Of a stretch of DNA of 64,000 bases, positions 10,223 through 20,336 are shown one piece after another. Position 1 is the stretch's first letter. Each line of letters begins with the position of its first letter. Location of the stretch: the NCBI GenBank assembly GCA_029939715.1, contig JAOZSJ010000001.1:1614-65613 (forward strand). The letters run 5' to 3'. The notes under the pieces are model-generated. The model made no database searches. It saw only the letters and a list, made by a program, of their open reading frames with translations, and was not told the DNA's origin. Origin of the DNA: Desulfobacterales bacterium. GTDB taxonomy: Bacteria; Desulfobacterota; Desulfobacteria; Desulfobacterales; 4572-123. The translations under genes were made by a program, and so were the position numbers.

Positions 10223-10749
10223 ATTTCTTCCACTGTAATTTTATCATTAGTATAGATGCAGATAGACGCTGCAATTTTCATTGCCTCATCCACAATTTTG
10301 CGGACATCCATATCCGTATTATCCACAAGAGCCGTAGCCGCGGCCTGGGCAGCTACGCCTCCGGAACCGATTGCCGCAATTCCCTGGTCCGGTTCCATGA
10401 CGTCGCCGTTTCCAGATATTAAAAACATACGCGTATCATCGGCCGCAATCATAAGAGCTTCCAGGCGCCGCAAATATTTATCAGTCCGCCAGTCCCTGGC
10501 CAGTTCAACGGCGGATCGGGTAAGATTGCCGTTATATCTTTCCAGCTTGGCTTCCAGACGTTCGGAAAGGTTCAGGGCATCGGCGGTTGCACCGGCAAAT
10601 CCCACGATTATTTTGTCATGATAGATTCTCCTGACTTTTCTGGCAAAATGTTTCACCACACTGGTATCAAGTGTCACCTGGCCGTCACCGGCAATTGCAA
10701 GCCTGCCCTTATGACGAAGGGCAAGTATCGTTGTTCCATGAAAATTCAT
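10219..10749 (-). CDS. hslV: ATP-dependent protease peptidase subunit HslV
   Basis: 176 aa. [11 protein letters not shown] carries the N-terminal catalytic Thr after Met removal. It overlaps hslU by 4 nt. Confidence 0.95.
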   Translation of the reverse strand: MNFHGTTILALRHKGRLAIAGDGQVTLDTSVVKHFARKVRRIYHDKIIVGFAGATADALNLSERLEAKLERYNGNLTRSAVELARDWRTDKYLRRLEALMIAADDTRMFLISGNGDVMEPDQGIAAIGSGGVAAQAAATALVDNTDMDVRKIVDEAMKIAASICIYTNDKITVEEI

Positions 10750-10858
10750 AATATACCTGCATTAATTGAATAATGAAAAGTGAATAGTGAAAACTTATAG
10801 CATCGCTACGCTCTATTTTTTAATAAAAAAACAAAATTAAGCATTAAATGGCTAAATC

Positions 10859-11797
10859 CTATTTCCTGGGATGTGCCTTGTCGTAAGCTTCCATCAGCCG
10901 GTCGATACTCACATGCGTATATTTCTGGGTCGTTGAAAGACTCTTGTGCCCCAAAAGTTCCTGCACCGCTCTCAGATCGGCTCCGGCATCCAGCATATGA
11001 GTGGCAAAACTGTGCCGCATGGTATGCGGTGAGACCGGGACGGTCAGACCGCACTGTCTGGCCAGCTTGTTTATAATGCGAGCAATCGACCGGGTGCTCA
11101 AACGTGTTCCGTTCTTGTTTAAAAACAGCGGACCGCCGGAAACCGATTGCCCGGGTCGTACGTTTTTCCCAAACCCGGCGCGATAGGTTTGGATAGCCTG
11201 CAGCGCTTTTTCGCCTACGGGAACAATCCTTTGTTTACTGCCTTTGCCCATCACGCGAATTACTTTTGCCGTATAATCAACATCAAATTCATTTAATCCG
11301 GCAAGCTCTGATACCCTGATTCCACTCGAATAGAGGGTCTCGAAAAGCGCACGATTTCTCAAATCCAGAAGACTGTTGTGCCCGATATTGTCAAGCAGGC
11401 GAAACACATCGTCAACCGTCAGGTAAGATGGAATATATTTTTCCTGTTTGGGAGATAAAATCTGCTCGGCCGGATTATCCCTGACAATACCTGCCCTGAC
11501 CAGATATCTGAAAAAAGAACGGATAGCGGACAACTTGCGTCCAATGGTTGTTTTTCTTTTTTTTTTATACAAATAACCCAGATAAAGACGTATGGTCAGA
11601 GCATCCACGGTTTCAATCTTAAACTGGGGGCATTTTGCCCCGTCACCCCGGCGGGATCGCCGGACGGGCTGATTCTTTGCTGCAAATTCAGCAAATGCTT
11701 TTAAATCCGTGCGATAGGCCCGGCATGTATTGGCCGAATAAGCTTTTTCCGAATCCAGGGATTCGATAAATTCGCTGATCAGTGTTTCTGATTTCAT
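10859..11797 (-). CDS. xerC: site-specific tyrosine recombinase XerC-type
   Basis: Catalytic-domain motifs LYSSGIRVSEL, HTMRHSFATHML and LLGHKSLSTTQKYTHV (R..HxxR..Y). The xerC-hslV-hslU synteny is conserved. ATG 11797 is preferred over the track's TTG 11827. Confidence 0.85.
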   Translation of the reverse strand: MKSETLISEFIESLDSEKAYSANTCRAYRTDLKAFAEFAAKNQPVRRSRRGDGAKCPQFKIETVDALTIRLYLGYLYKKKRKTTIGRKLSAIRSFFRYLVRAGIVRDNPAEQILSPKQEKYIPSYLTVDDVFRLLDNIGHNSLLDLRNRALFETLYSSGIRVSELAGLNEFDVDYTAKVIRVMGKGSKQRIVPVGEKALQAIQTYRAGFGKNVRPGQSVSGGPLFLNKNGTRLSTRSIARIINKLARQCGLTVPVSPHTMRHSFATHMLDAGADLRAVQELLGHKSLSTTQKYTHVSIDRLMEAYDKAHPRK

Positions 11798-11898
11798 CTT
11801 TGGTAACAATTCGCCATCAGGGCACAAGGATTCAGACCGGCAGTTATAACGGACAATTTGGAGTCAAACAGATCAACGCATCAGCATCTTCCCGTTTT

Positions 11899-12489
11899 TC
11901 ACAATTCCGGATTACGAGTTTCAAACTCAATCAGAGATTCAAGCTCGCGCCAGTTATGCACCTCTGTAAAATGATGCGTTTTCCGGTTCCAGGGCTGGCT
12001 GAACAAAACCGGTGTAATCCCCCTGGTTTCGAGCTTAAAACAGGTTTCCAGACGATCTTCGATAAAATAGGAAATATTCCTTTCCACAAGTATGCCGGCC
12101 TTTTTGTCAAAGTCCCCGACGGCGATAATCTCGATATCTTTTTGATCAACATCAAGAACGCAGGGCAGCCATTTGGTCATGGGGCCTGCAAAAGGACGTG
12201 CCGTAATAAACAGAACCGGGCTAAAACTGTCCGCCAGTCGCTGTAATACTTCCACCGCACCGTCAATGGGATGCAGGGTAGCCGAATAATCCCCGTCAAT
12301 GATCCGTTCAAAAATTTTCCGGAGAATAACCGGGTCAAGATCCAGACAATCTTCAAGGTTGTAGCAGGTAAAATCCTCGGAATACAGATCTGTTTCACCA
12401 TACTCTTCCCTGGCGATATCGAGAAACAATTGCATGGTATCAGCCACCACGTCGTCGATATCAAATGCAATAGATGCCGGATCAATCAT
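11899..12489 (-). CDS. HAD-superfamily hydrolase (possibly NT5C-like nucleotidase)
   Basis: N-terminal IAFDIDDVVAD gives HAD motif I (DxDxV). About 196 aa. The subfamily assignment is a guess. Confidence 0.55.
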   Translation of the reverse strand: MIDPASIAFDIDDVVADTMQLFLDIAREEYGETDLYSEDFTCYNLEDCLDLDPVILRKIFERIIDGDYSATLHPIDGAVEVLQRLADSFSPVLFITARPFAGPMTKWLPCVLDVDQKDIEIIAVGDFDKKAGILVERNISYFIEDRLETCFKLETRGITPVLFSQPWNRKTHHFTEVHNWRELESLIEFETRNPEL

Positions 12490-12518
12490 GATTTTTCATT
12501 CAACGTCTTTGTTATCAA

Positions 12519-12845
12519 TCAAGCACCCCGGCGAGTTTTCTTTTTCAGCCGGATAATACGTTTGCGGTAAATGGCGGCCAGTTTCTTATCCTCGGCTTCA
12601 AGCGCCTTGCCGCGATCAGCTTTCAGGGCTTTTATCTTTTTCTTGATATCCCTTATCGAAGAATTTACTTTGCCGGCAATCTTATCTTCAATACCGCGAG
12701 CTTTTTTAATACTGCTGACCAATTCTTCTTTATTCATCCCGTGAGCGCCTGTAATTTCAGATATCTCTTTAGCCACATCTCTAAGTTCCTTGGCGGTCAT
12801 CTTTTCCAGCGGTTTTTCCTTTGCTTCCTTTTTCTTTGAACCCAT
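12519..12845 (-). CDS. Lys-rich small protein with Rho-N/SAP-like helix-extended-helix segment
   Basis: 108 aa. MTAKELRDVAKEISEITGAHGMNKEELVSSIKKA resembles the Rho N-terminal/SAP motif. The rest is a highly basic predicted helix (KKKIKALKADRGK...RLKKKTRRGA). Confidence 0.5.
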   Translation of the reverse strand: MGSKKKEAKEKPLEKMTAKELRDVAKEISEITGAHGMNKEELVSSIKKARGIEDKIAGKVNSSIRDIKKKIKALKADRGKALEAEDKKLAAIYRKRIIRLKKKTRRGA

Positions 12846-13051
12846 GCGTTTTAGCTCTCCTTTTAATCTAAAAATTTGCAGTCCGGATTTCCTTTCCGCT
12901 GCCGATCTCTTGTTTTGGTTTTATGTAAAATCGATTTTCATAATCATGGATCGTACCTGTTGTCAATACCTATCCCGAATCAAATGAATATTGACTGCTG
13001 AAAATAAAAAAACAGTTCAATTTTCAGTGGTTATTTTTCAATTGTATGAGT

Positions 13052-13807
13052 TTACTCATCTTCTTTTTTCAACATTTTCAAAAATGGTCGAAACAGATCA
13101 ATCGGAATAGGAAAAATAGTCGTGGTATTGTTTTCAGCTGACATTTCGTTCATGGTCTGGAGATATCTGAGCTGCAGTGCTATCGGGTTGTCAGCAATTA
13201 TTTTGGCTGCTTTTGATAGTTTGTCGGCGGCCTGATATTCGCCCTGGGCATTGATGACTTTGGCCCGGCGATCCCGTTCCGCTTCAGCCTGGCGTGCCAT
13301 GGCGCGCTGCATCTCCTGCGGCAGATCAATGTGTTTGAGCTCCACTGTGGCCACCTTGATTCCCCATGGATCCGTATGCAGATCAAGAATTTCCTGAAGT
13401 TCTGCATTAAGCTTTTCACGGTTGGACAAAAGATCATCCAGTTCGGCCTGGCCGCAGACACTCCGCAATGTGGTTTGGGCCAGCTGGGACATGGCATAAT
13501 TATAATTCTCAACCTCGATAATCGCCTTGATGGGATCAATGACCCTGAAATAAATTACCGCATTTACCTTAACGGAAACATTATCGCGGGTAATTACATC
13601 CTGGGGGTCCACATCCATGGCCACCAGGCGAAGCCCCACCTTAACCATTTTATCAATAATCGGGATCAGGATAATCAGGCCAGGCCCTTTGGCCTTTATC
13701 ACCCGCCCCAGCCTGAAAATCACGCCGCGCTCATATTCATTTAAAATCCGTAATGCCGCTGAAAGAAAAAATACTACAAGAATAACTATTGCTATGGTCG
13801 TTATCAT
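13052..13807 (-). CDS. SPFH/band-7 (stomatin-like) membrane protein
   Basis: 251 aa with an N-terminal TM helix, then [15 protein letters not shown]...[17 protein letters not shown]...[24 protein letters not shown], typical of prokaryotic stomatins. Confidence 0.9.
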   Translation of the reverse strand: MITTIAIVILVVFFLSAALRILNEYERGVIFRLGRVIKAKGPGLIILIPIIDKMVKVGLRLVAMDVDPQDVITRDNVSVKVNAVIYFRVIDPIKAIIEVENYNYAMSQLAQTTLRSVCGQAELDDLLSNREKLNAELQEILDLHTDPWGIKVATVELKHIDLPQEMQRAMARQAEAERDRRAKVINAQGEYQAADKLSKAAKIIADNPIALQLRYLQTMNEMSAENNTTTIFPIPIDLFRPFLKMLKKEDE

Positions 13808-13831
13808 TTTGGCCTCCTTAACCCGGTTAAA

Positions 13832-15118
13832 CTATCCATTATCCGTAATCGGTTCGACCTCTACAACCAACCCTTCAACCTTTGTCACCCGTACTCCTGC
13901 ACCCTCGGAAACCGGTTGCCGGCTGACGGCCTTCCACAATTCACCGTGAAGCAGAATCCGGCCATGGGGGTTCAAATCGTTTTTGACAATGCCGATCTCA
14001 CCGATAAGTCCCTCGGCACCGGTTCTGGGCCGGAATAGCTGTGCCCGGAAAACAAGTCCGGCAACACATATAAAAAACAGGGAAACCAGCGTTACGGTCG
14101 GTATAACCACCTGCCATGACAGGGAGACTCCTGAATTGCTCTTTTCAAAAAGCATGACAGACCCCAGTGCCAGTGAAATTACTCCGGCGATACTCAAAAG
14201 CCCGAAACTGGATATTTTCATCTCCATGATAAAAAATATAATCGCCAGCAGAATAAGAAGTATCCCGGCATAATTAACCGGCAGGGTTTGAAACGCAAAA
14301 AAAGCCAGTATAATGGCAATACCGCCGACCACTCCCGGGAAAACAGCACCTGGATGAGATAATTCAAAATAGAGTCCGGCCAGCCCGATCATCATTAAAA
14401 TATAGGCAATGTTGGGATCACTGATGGTTTTTAATATCTTGGTCCGCAGGTTTTCCTTTAGTATTTTTCTTGAAAAATTGTCGAGTTGCAAAACCCCCTT
14501 GTCTTCAACTTTTCGGCCGTTCAGCTGCCGGACAAGGTCATCCATATCACGGGCAATAATATCTATTACATTTTGCCGCAACGCTTCGGTTTCAGTGATG
14601 CTGACACTTTCACGAACAGCTTTCTCGGCCCACGTGACATTTCTGCCCCGTTTCTCGGCAATACTTCTGATATGCGCCACCATGTCATTGGTAATTTTCT
14701 TTGACATGGCTCCGTCTATCTCCTTGCCGCCGGCACCCACCGGATGGGCTGCGCCTATATTGGTTCCCGGCGCCATGGCGGCAATATCGGCAGCCATGGT
14801 AATCATTACCCCGGCGGACGCGGCCCTGGCCCCCGGCGGGGAGACATATACAACCACGGGAACGCGGCTGGCATATATGGCCATAACGATTCTACGCATG
14901 GATTCGGCCAGCCCTCCGGGAGTATCCAGCTCGATAATTACACAGGGTGCGTCCTCATTCGATGCCTGTTTAATTCCTTTTTCTATAAAATCGGCTGTAG
15001 CCGGGCTTATAGCGCCGGATAACGGGATGATCACGATTTTACCCATGCCGGCGGTTCCCAAAGCCGGAAACCATAAAAACAGCATGATAAGCATTATTAA
15101 TTTTTTTTTAAGAATCAT
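13832..15118 (-). CDS. NfeD-family membrane-bound ClpP-class serine protease
   Basis: 428 aa. It has a signal/TM segment, a ClpP-like domain (IELDTPGGLAESMRRIV...GARAASAG), a multi-TM middle and a C-terminal OB-like NfeD domain (GRILLHGELWKAVS). It lies directly upstream of the stomatin gene, the classical operon partner. Confidence 0.85.
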   Translation of the reverse strand: MILKKKLIMLIMLFLWFPALGTAGMGKIVIIPLSGAISPATADFIEKGIKQASNEDAPCVIIELDTPGGLAESMRRIVMAIYASRVPVVVYVSPPGARAASAGVMITMAADIAAMAPGTNIGAAHPVGAGGKEIDGAMSKKITNDMVAHIRSIAEKRGRNVTWAEKAVRESVSITETEALRQNVIDIIARDMDDLVRQLNGRKVEDKGVLQLDNFSRKILKENLRTKILKTISDPNIAYILMMIGLAGLYFELSHPGAVFPGVVGGIAIILAFFAFQTLPVNYAGILLILLAIIFFIMEMKISSFGLLSIAGVISLALGSVMLFEKSNSGVSLSWQVVIPTVTLVSLFFICVAGLVFRAQLFRPRTGAEGLIGEIGIVKNDLNPHGRILLHGELWKAVSRQPVSEGAGVRVTKVEGLVVEVEPITDNG

Positions 15119-15810
15119 AATCTGTTACCCCTTTGCCTTTCCAGGGCTTGCATCAATTTTTTCATATCTTCCCAGACAGCCCGCTTTTTATCCTCGTTTT
15201 GAAGCAGATAATCAGGATGGTAGGTCGGCATCAGACGGATTCCGTGAAAATCATGAAATCGTCCCCGCAGGCTCGATACAGGCTTTTTTGTTTTGAGCAG
15301 AGTCTGGGCTGCAACGGTACCAAGGGCGCAGATAAATTCAGGTTTTATAACTCTGATCTGGCGTTTGAGAAAAGGATAACAGATACTTATTTCATCAGGT
15401 TCGGGGTTTTGATTCAGGGGCTGCAGGCATTTTAGAATATTGCAAAGATATACCCTGGTGCGTGTTAAATGCATCGCATTGATAATTTTTGTCAGGAGTT
15501 GACCGGCCGGACCCACAAAGGGTTTACCCTGGTCGTCCTCTTCAGGTCCGGGTGCTTCTCCGACAAACATGAGCCGTGCACGGGGATCTCCTTCCCCGAA
15601 AACCATGTTTCGGCGGGATTGAAAAAGCCGGCAGCATCGACACTTTTCTACATCCTTCTTGATACTTTCAAGCGTTTCGCCGTGAAGTGCAGGCCGTTTT
15701 TCCCAGTTGTTAATTATTTCTATCGCGTCTTTTGAGCAGTCAAATCCCGGGCATCCCAACTGTTTATAGAATCGGAGACTATCCTGGATTTCATCTATTA
15801 TCGAATTCAC
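15115..15810 (-). CDS. uracil-DNA glycosylase, family 4
   Basis: GEGDPRARLMFVGEAPGPEEDDQGKPFVGPAGQLL is the family-4 UDG motif, with Cys residues for the 4Fe-4S cluster. Its stop overlaps the NfeD start by 4 nt. Confidence 0.85.
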   Translation of the reverse strand: MNSIIDEIQDSLRFYKQLGCPGFDCSKDAIEIINNWEKRPALHGETLESIKKDVEKCRCCRLFQSRRNMVFGEGDPRARLMFVGEAPGPEEDDQGKPFVGPAGQLLTKIINAMHLTRTRVYLCNILKCLQPLNQNPEPDEISICYPFLKRQIRVIKPEFICALGTVAAQTLLKTKKPVSSLRGRFHDFHGIRLMPTYHPDYLLQNEDKKRAVWEDMKKLMQALERQRGNRL

Positions 15811-15846
15811 GGTTCCTGTATCCCCGGCGCTTTATATATATGGTAT

Positions 15847-17085
15847 TTAGTCTGCCCCCTGATCCATGGCCGTATCAGAGCACGGATCAAGGGCCGCAAT
15901 ACGATCAAGCAGTACATGGGCCACTTCGTCTTTATTCATATTCGGCAGAGCTTCAACGGTACCATCTTTAAAAAAAAGAGTAACAGAATTGGTATCACTC
16001 TCAAAACCAGATTCAGGACGACCGATGAGATTTCCGACAATCAGGTCCAGATTTTTAGCAGCAAGTTTTTTTTTGGCATTATCCCTGAGATCCCGGGTTT
16101 CAGCCGCAAATCCGACTAATACCCGGTTGCCTTTTCTTTGACCGAGGGTTTTTAATATATCAAGGGTGGGTGTCAAGGATAAAACCAGTTTATCCCGGTG
16201 TTCATGTTTTTTGATTTTGTGAGATGCCGTGTCCATGGGCCGGTAATCGGCAACCGCCGCGGTTTTGATTATGATATGACTTTGTTCCATATGCTCAAAA
16301 ACAGCATCAGCCATCTCTCCGGCGCTGTTTACTCTTATCATTTCCACATTGACGGGCGGATTTAATGCCGTCGGACCGCTTATCAGCGTCACGTCAGCAT
16401 CCCGGTGTTCGGCAGCACGGGCAATGGCGTAGCCCATCTTACCCGAAGACGGATTGCTGATAAAGCGAACCGGATCAATGGCTTCACGGGTTGGCCCGGC
16501 CGTAACCAGCACTTTTTTATCGGCCAGATCCGGCAGGGTAAAACATTTTTCAAGCCGATCCACGATTATTGGGGGCTCCGGCAGGCGGCCGGCCCCGCTT
16601 GTGCCGCAGGCAAGTTCCCCTGATTCCGGTGTTACAATTCTGTACCCGTCGGCGGTCAGAATTTCAAGATTTCGCTGAACAGCCCTGCTTTCATACATAT
16701 GCGTGTTCATGGATGGGCATACCAGTACAGGGCAGGTGACCGCCAGCAGGAACGTGCTCAACGCATCGTCTGCAATGCCGCCGGCCATTTTACCGATAAT
16801 ATTTGCGGTAGCCGGGGCGATAATCACGGCATCGGCCTCCCGTGCCCAGTCGATATGCCTGATGGACGATTCTACGTCCTTCTCAAAAAGACTGGAACAT
16901 ACGGGCCGGCCGCTCAGGGCCTCGAAGGTTAAAGGACCTGCAAAATGGCAGGCATTAGGGGTCATCATCACCCGCACCCCGGCATTTTGTTTCTGCAGGA
17001 GTCTTAAAATTTCAACACTTTTATAGGCGGCAATACCACCGCATACTCCAAGAATGATATTTTTATTTTTAATACTGTTATTCAT
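15847..17085 (-). CDS. coaBC: bifunctional phosphopantothenoylcysteine decarboxylase / phosphopantothenate-cysteine ligase
   Basis: 412 aa. N-terminal flavoprotein domain ([29 protein letters not shown]) plus C-terminal CoaB ([25 protein letters not shown]). Confidence 0.95.
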   Translation of the reverse strand: MNNSIKNKNIILGVCGGIAAYKSVEILRLLQKQNAGVRVMMTPNACHFAGPLTFEALSGRPVCSSLFEKDVESSIRHIDWAREADAVIIAPATANIIGKMAGGIADDALSTFLLAVTCPVLVCPSMNTHMYESRAVQRNLEILTADGYRIVTPESGELACGTSGAGRLPEPPIIVDRLEKCFTLPDLADKKVLVTAGPTREAIDPVRFISNPSSGKMGYAIARAAEHRDADVTLISGPTALNPPVNVEMIRVNSAGEMADAVFEHMEQSHIIIKTAAVADYRPMDTASHKIKKHEHRDKLVLSLTPTLDILKTLGQRKGNRVLVGFAAETRDLRDNAKKKLAAKNLDLIVGNLIGRPESGFESDTNSVTLFFKDGTVEALPNMNKDEVAHVLLDRIAALDPCSDTAMDQGAD

Positions 17086-17400
17086 TGTCTGTTCCGCCGA
17101 TGAAAGTTATATGCAAAAATAATGATATGGTCCATGGCCCCGGGCACAGGCACAGGCCCCAGGCGATTAAGTTGTATTCTGATTGTCTCTAACAATTACA
17201 CTTTCTTTACACATAAATCAATTCTTATCCGGACAATACCAAATTTGTAAGAAATTCAACATATTCGTAAAGCTGCGCATGCCCGGTATTTTCTATCTGT
17301 TTTTGAACCGCGGATACTGGTTTTTATTTGCATTTTAGATATAATCATATATCATCGAATCGTTTTAAATTCAGAATTATTATTATTGAACAGAGTCTCT

Positions 17401-18096
17401 ATGCAAAATAATCTGCCATCTGCCGATAAAATGACCATTGTAATCCCCGCATTAAATGAACAGGCATCCATTGCCGGGGTTATCGCCGGATCTCTTTCCT
17501 ATTCAGATGACATTCTCGTGGTAGACGGCCATTCCGGTGACAATACCGCTGCCATCGCTGCATCTCTTGGAGCAAGAGTAATTTATGACAATCAAAAAGG
17601 CAAGGGTGATGCGATACGCTCGTCAATTAACCATATTCAACGCGGAATAACCGTTTTTATTGATGCCGACGGTTCACACGATCCAAATGATATACCAAGA
17701 CTCGTACAGCCGATACTGGAAGACAGGGCTGATCATGTCTGCGGTTCAAGACTGCTGGGCGGGTCCAGCGAGCTGCATGGCGGATTTGACGAATGTCTCC
17801 GCCTGATGGGCAGTTCATTTATCACAGCCTGCATAAATCATCGTTATAAAATAGCACTTTCCGAGAGCCAGAACGGGTTTCGAGCTATAAAAACAAATGT
17901 TTTAAGATCCCTGGGACTCAGAGAAAACATCACCACCATTGAACAGGAAATGACCATCAAAACGATAAAACAGGGTTTTCGCATGGCCGAAGTGCCGTCC
18001 CATGAATATCCTCGGCAGGCAGGCTGTTCAAATATCAAAATCAGTAAAGTAGCCTTCCGGTATGTTTTCAGTTTGATAAAATACCTGTATGGCTGA
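17401..18096 (+). CDS. family-2 glycosyltransferase, polyprenol-phosphate sugar synthase-like (Dpm1/ArnC type)
   Basis: MTIVIPALNE...ILVVDGHSGDNT...VFIDADGSHDP (DxD) is the GT2 fold. At about 230 aa with no TM it is typical of Dpm1/Ppm1/ArnC-like enzymes. ATG 17401 is preferred to the track's TTG 17386. Confidence 0.8.
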   Translation: MQNNLPSADKMTIVIPALNEQASIAGVIAGSLSYSDDILVVDGHSGDNTAAIAASLGARVIYDNQKGKGDAIRSSINHIQRGITVFIDADGSHDPNDIPRLVQPILEDRADHVCGSRLLGGSSELHGGFDECLRLMGSSFITACINHRYKIALSESQNGFRAIKTNVLRSLGLRENITTIEQEMTIKTIKQGFRMAEVPSHEYPRQAGCSNIKISKVAFRYVFSLIKYLYG

Positions 18097-18107
18097 CGGG
18101 CAATGAA

Positions 18108-19529
18108 ATGCTTAAAATTTTACTCCTGAACCCGCCCCACCCTGAAGCAAAAGGTTTCACCCGCGAGGGGCGCTGCACCCAGGAAGCCGGTGTATGGGCC
18201 ACACAGTGGCCGCCCGTTTCCCTGGCTACCACTGCAACCTTTCTGGAAAATGATGGTCACCAAATAAAAATTATTGACTGTCCGGCCATTGGCATGAATA
18301 GGCAAATACTAAAAAATGAACTTGGTAGGTTTTCCCCGGACATGGTCTTCTGGAACACGGCCACACCGACCCTTTCCCATGACCTGGATCTTGGGCACCT
18401 GATCAAAAACGTATCCCCTCATGCAACAACCGGTGTTATAGGCACCCATGTCACGGCTCTTCCTGAATCAGCACTGAATTTTCCAGGCATTGACGTGGTC
18501 ATCCGCAATGAACCCGAACAGACCATCCGGGAAATCTGCTTTCACCCTGGTTCATCCTGGCGGAAAATCAACGGGATTTCATACCGATCGTCTGATAGCG
18601 GCAAGATAAGGCACAATTCTCAACGAACCTTTTTAAAGGCGGATTCCATTCCCGCACCGGCCTGGCATTTACTGGATCTCAGCCCCTACCGTCTGCCGCT
18701 CAAAGGGCGCCCTTTCCTGATCGTAGCGCCCACCAGAGGCTGCCCCTTTGCCTGCAGCTTCTGCACGGCCTCGCTTTACTACGGCCGGAAACCGCGGCAG
18801 CGCCCCGTCAAAAATGTTGTCGATGAGATCGAAAATAATATGAGACAATTTTCGATCTTTGATTTTTTCATCTGGGCGGATACGTTTACCACTGACAATA
18901 ATTATGTTGAAAATTTCTGCCGTGAAATAAAAAAACGAGATCTGAAGATACGCTGGACCTGCAACAGTCGAGTGGATACCGTGAATAAAAAACTGCTTAC
19001 GGAGATGAAATCAGCCGGGCTGTGGATGATCAGCTTCGGATTGGAATCCGCCGATGATGCTATTCTTGAAAAAAGCGGTAAAAAAATCAACACGGCTCAA
19101 TCACGCCTTGCAGTAAACAATGCCCACGCCGTGGGATTGAAAGTTTCCGGACATTTCATTTTCGGACTTCCCGGTGAAAATAGCCGGTCCATGGCCCGGA
19201 CCCTCGACCTGGCCATGGAACTGCCGCTGGATATTGCCCAGTTTTATACCGCGGCTCCATTTCCGGGCACCGCCCTTTATGCCATGGCAGCAAACAGGGG
19301 ATGGATTTCAAGAGATGACGGCTGCTCCCAGAATCAGGCATCCATGCACCTGCCTGATCTGACTCCCGGTCAGGTGGATGCCTTTACCCGCAGGGCCTAC
19401 AAAAAATTTTATCTCCGGCTCAAAATACTTCTGAACCTTTTTTCCATGCTTGAGCCTGGTGCACTTACCGGTATCGGTATCGGTTTAAAACGTTTTCTCG
19501 GATGGACCTTGCATAAAAACAGCGGATAG
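18108..19529 (+). CDS. B12-binding-domain radical SAM protein
   Basis: 473 aa. The N-terminal Rossmann-like B12-binding region is followed by APTRGCPFACSFCTA (CxxxCxxC radical-SAM cluster motif). Confidence 0.8.
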   Translation: MLKILLLNPPHPEAKGFTREGRCTQEAGVWATQWPPVSLATTATFLENDGHQIKIIDCPAIGMNRQILKNELGRFSPDMVFWNTATPTLSHDLDLGHLIKNVSPHATTGVIGTHVTALPESALNFPGIDVVIRNEPEQTIREICFHPGSSWRKINGISYRSSDSGKIRHNSQRTFLKADSIPAPAWHLLDLSPYRLPLKGRPFLIVAPTRGCPFACSFCTASLYYGRKPRQRPVKNVVDEIENNMRQFSIFDFFIWADTFTTDNNYVENFCREIKKRDLKIRWTCNSRVDTVNKKLLTEMKSAGLWMISFGLESADDAILEKSGKKINTAQSRLAVNNAHAVGLKVSGHFIFGLPGENSRSMARTLDLAMELPLDIAQFYTAAPFPGTALYAMAANRGWISRDDGCSQNQASMHLPDLTPGQVDAFTRRAYKKFYLRLKILLNLFSMLEPGALTGIGIGLKRFLGWTLHKNSG

Positions 19530-19538
19530 AAGCAAAAA

Positions 19539-19566
19539 GAGCGGCCTTTCAAGCCGCCCTTTTTTT
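19539..19566 (+). terminator. candidate rho-independent terminator after the radical SAM gene
   Basis: GCGGC (19541-19545) / GCCGC (19553-19557) stem with a 7-nt loop, followed by a 7-T run (19560-19566) and preceded by an A-run. The stem is short, so this is a moderate call. Confidence 0.5.
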
Positions 19567-19690
19567 AGAATTTTTTGTCAACAACTATAGGCCGTCACAT
19601 ATTAAATTACACAAGGATAGAGGAAGGAGGCTGTATTGTAATACGCCGACGACCGATAACGCAGTGAAGTTTAATATGTGACAGTCTATA

Positions 19691-20164
19691 TCAACTCGAA
19701 GGACTGGTGGGCACCACGGTTGAGGTGGTTGTAGTAGTAGTGCTTGTAGTAGTAGTAGTTGGTATTGACAATGGTTCCTGGAGTGTATTGTCCAGCATCT
19801 CGATCAACTGTGCAACATCCTGCCCCTGGTCAGTTGCACAGGCAGCGGCACCATCTAAAACACCCTGTTTGGCATCTCTAATGGCATCGTCTATATTATC
19901 TCCCTGATTCCGGGCATTGCTATCAGCGGCATAAATAATATTTCTGGCAACCATGGCAGGGTCAGCCACAGTACAGATCAAGGCAATTGCAATCTCTTTA
20001 GATGCCTGATAATATGACTTTTTTTCTTTATTGATTTTGGCAGCCAAGTCTTTCTGAATACCCGCCAGGACCGGTGACGCAATGATAATGCTCATTACCA
20101 GTACCGCAAGTATTGTAAAAACACAGCTATACTTTTTATAGATTCTTTCCAGGTCATTTATCAT
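19691..20164 (-). CDS. secreted/membrane-anchored hypothetical protein with Thr/Ser-rich C-terminal tail
   Basis: 157 aa with an N-terminal hydrophobic signal/anchor (VFTILAVLVMSIIIASPVLAG) and a helical middle. The C-terminus is PTTTTTSTTTTTTSTVVPTSPSS (19694-19762). Confidence 0.55.
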   Translation of the reverse strand: MINDLERIYKKYSCVFTILAVLVMSIIIASPVLAGIQKDLAAKINKEKKSYYQASKEIAIALICTVADPAMVARNIIYAADSNARNQGDNIDDAIRDAKQGVLDGAAACATDQGQDVAQLIEMLDNTLQEPLSIPTTTTTSTTTTTTSTVVPTSPSS

Positions 20165-20336
20165 GATTATTTTGCCCCCTTGAAAAACTAAGAATTATTG
20201 CAGTGACATAGAATATATTAAACTAAAAACAGTATTTAAAAAGCAAACATTCAAAATGACAATAATTCATGAAACCAATAGTTGTCAAGATCATTTTCGC
20301 CCTGCATCCAGGAGATTGTTGATCCTTCAAGGATGC

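Noticed and set aside
10859-11797. Tyrosine recombinase as a marker of an integrated mobile element
   Set aside because: It sits in the conserved xerC-hslV-hslU arrangement. There is no adjacent tRNA target, direct repeats, phage or transposon genes. I interpret it as the chromosomal dimer-resolution recombinase.
13052-15810. SPFH-NfeD-UDG cluster as a novel system
   Set aside because: The NfeD-stomatin operon pairing is well known. The UDG overlap (ATGA) probably reflects simple operon packing.
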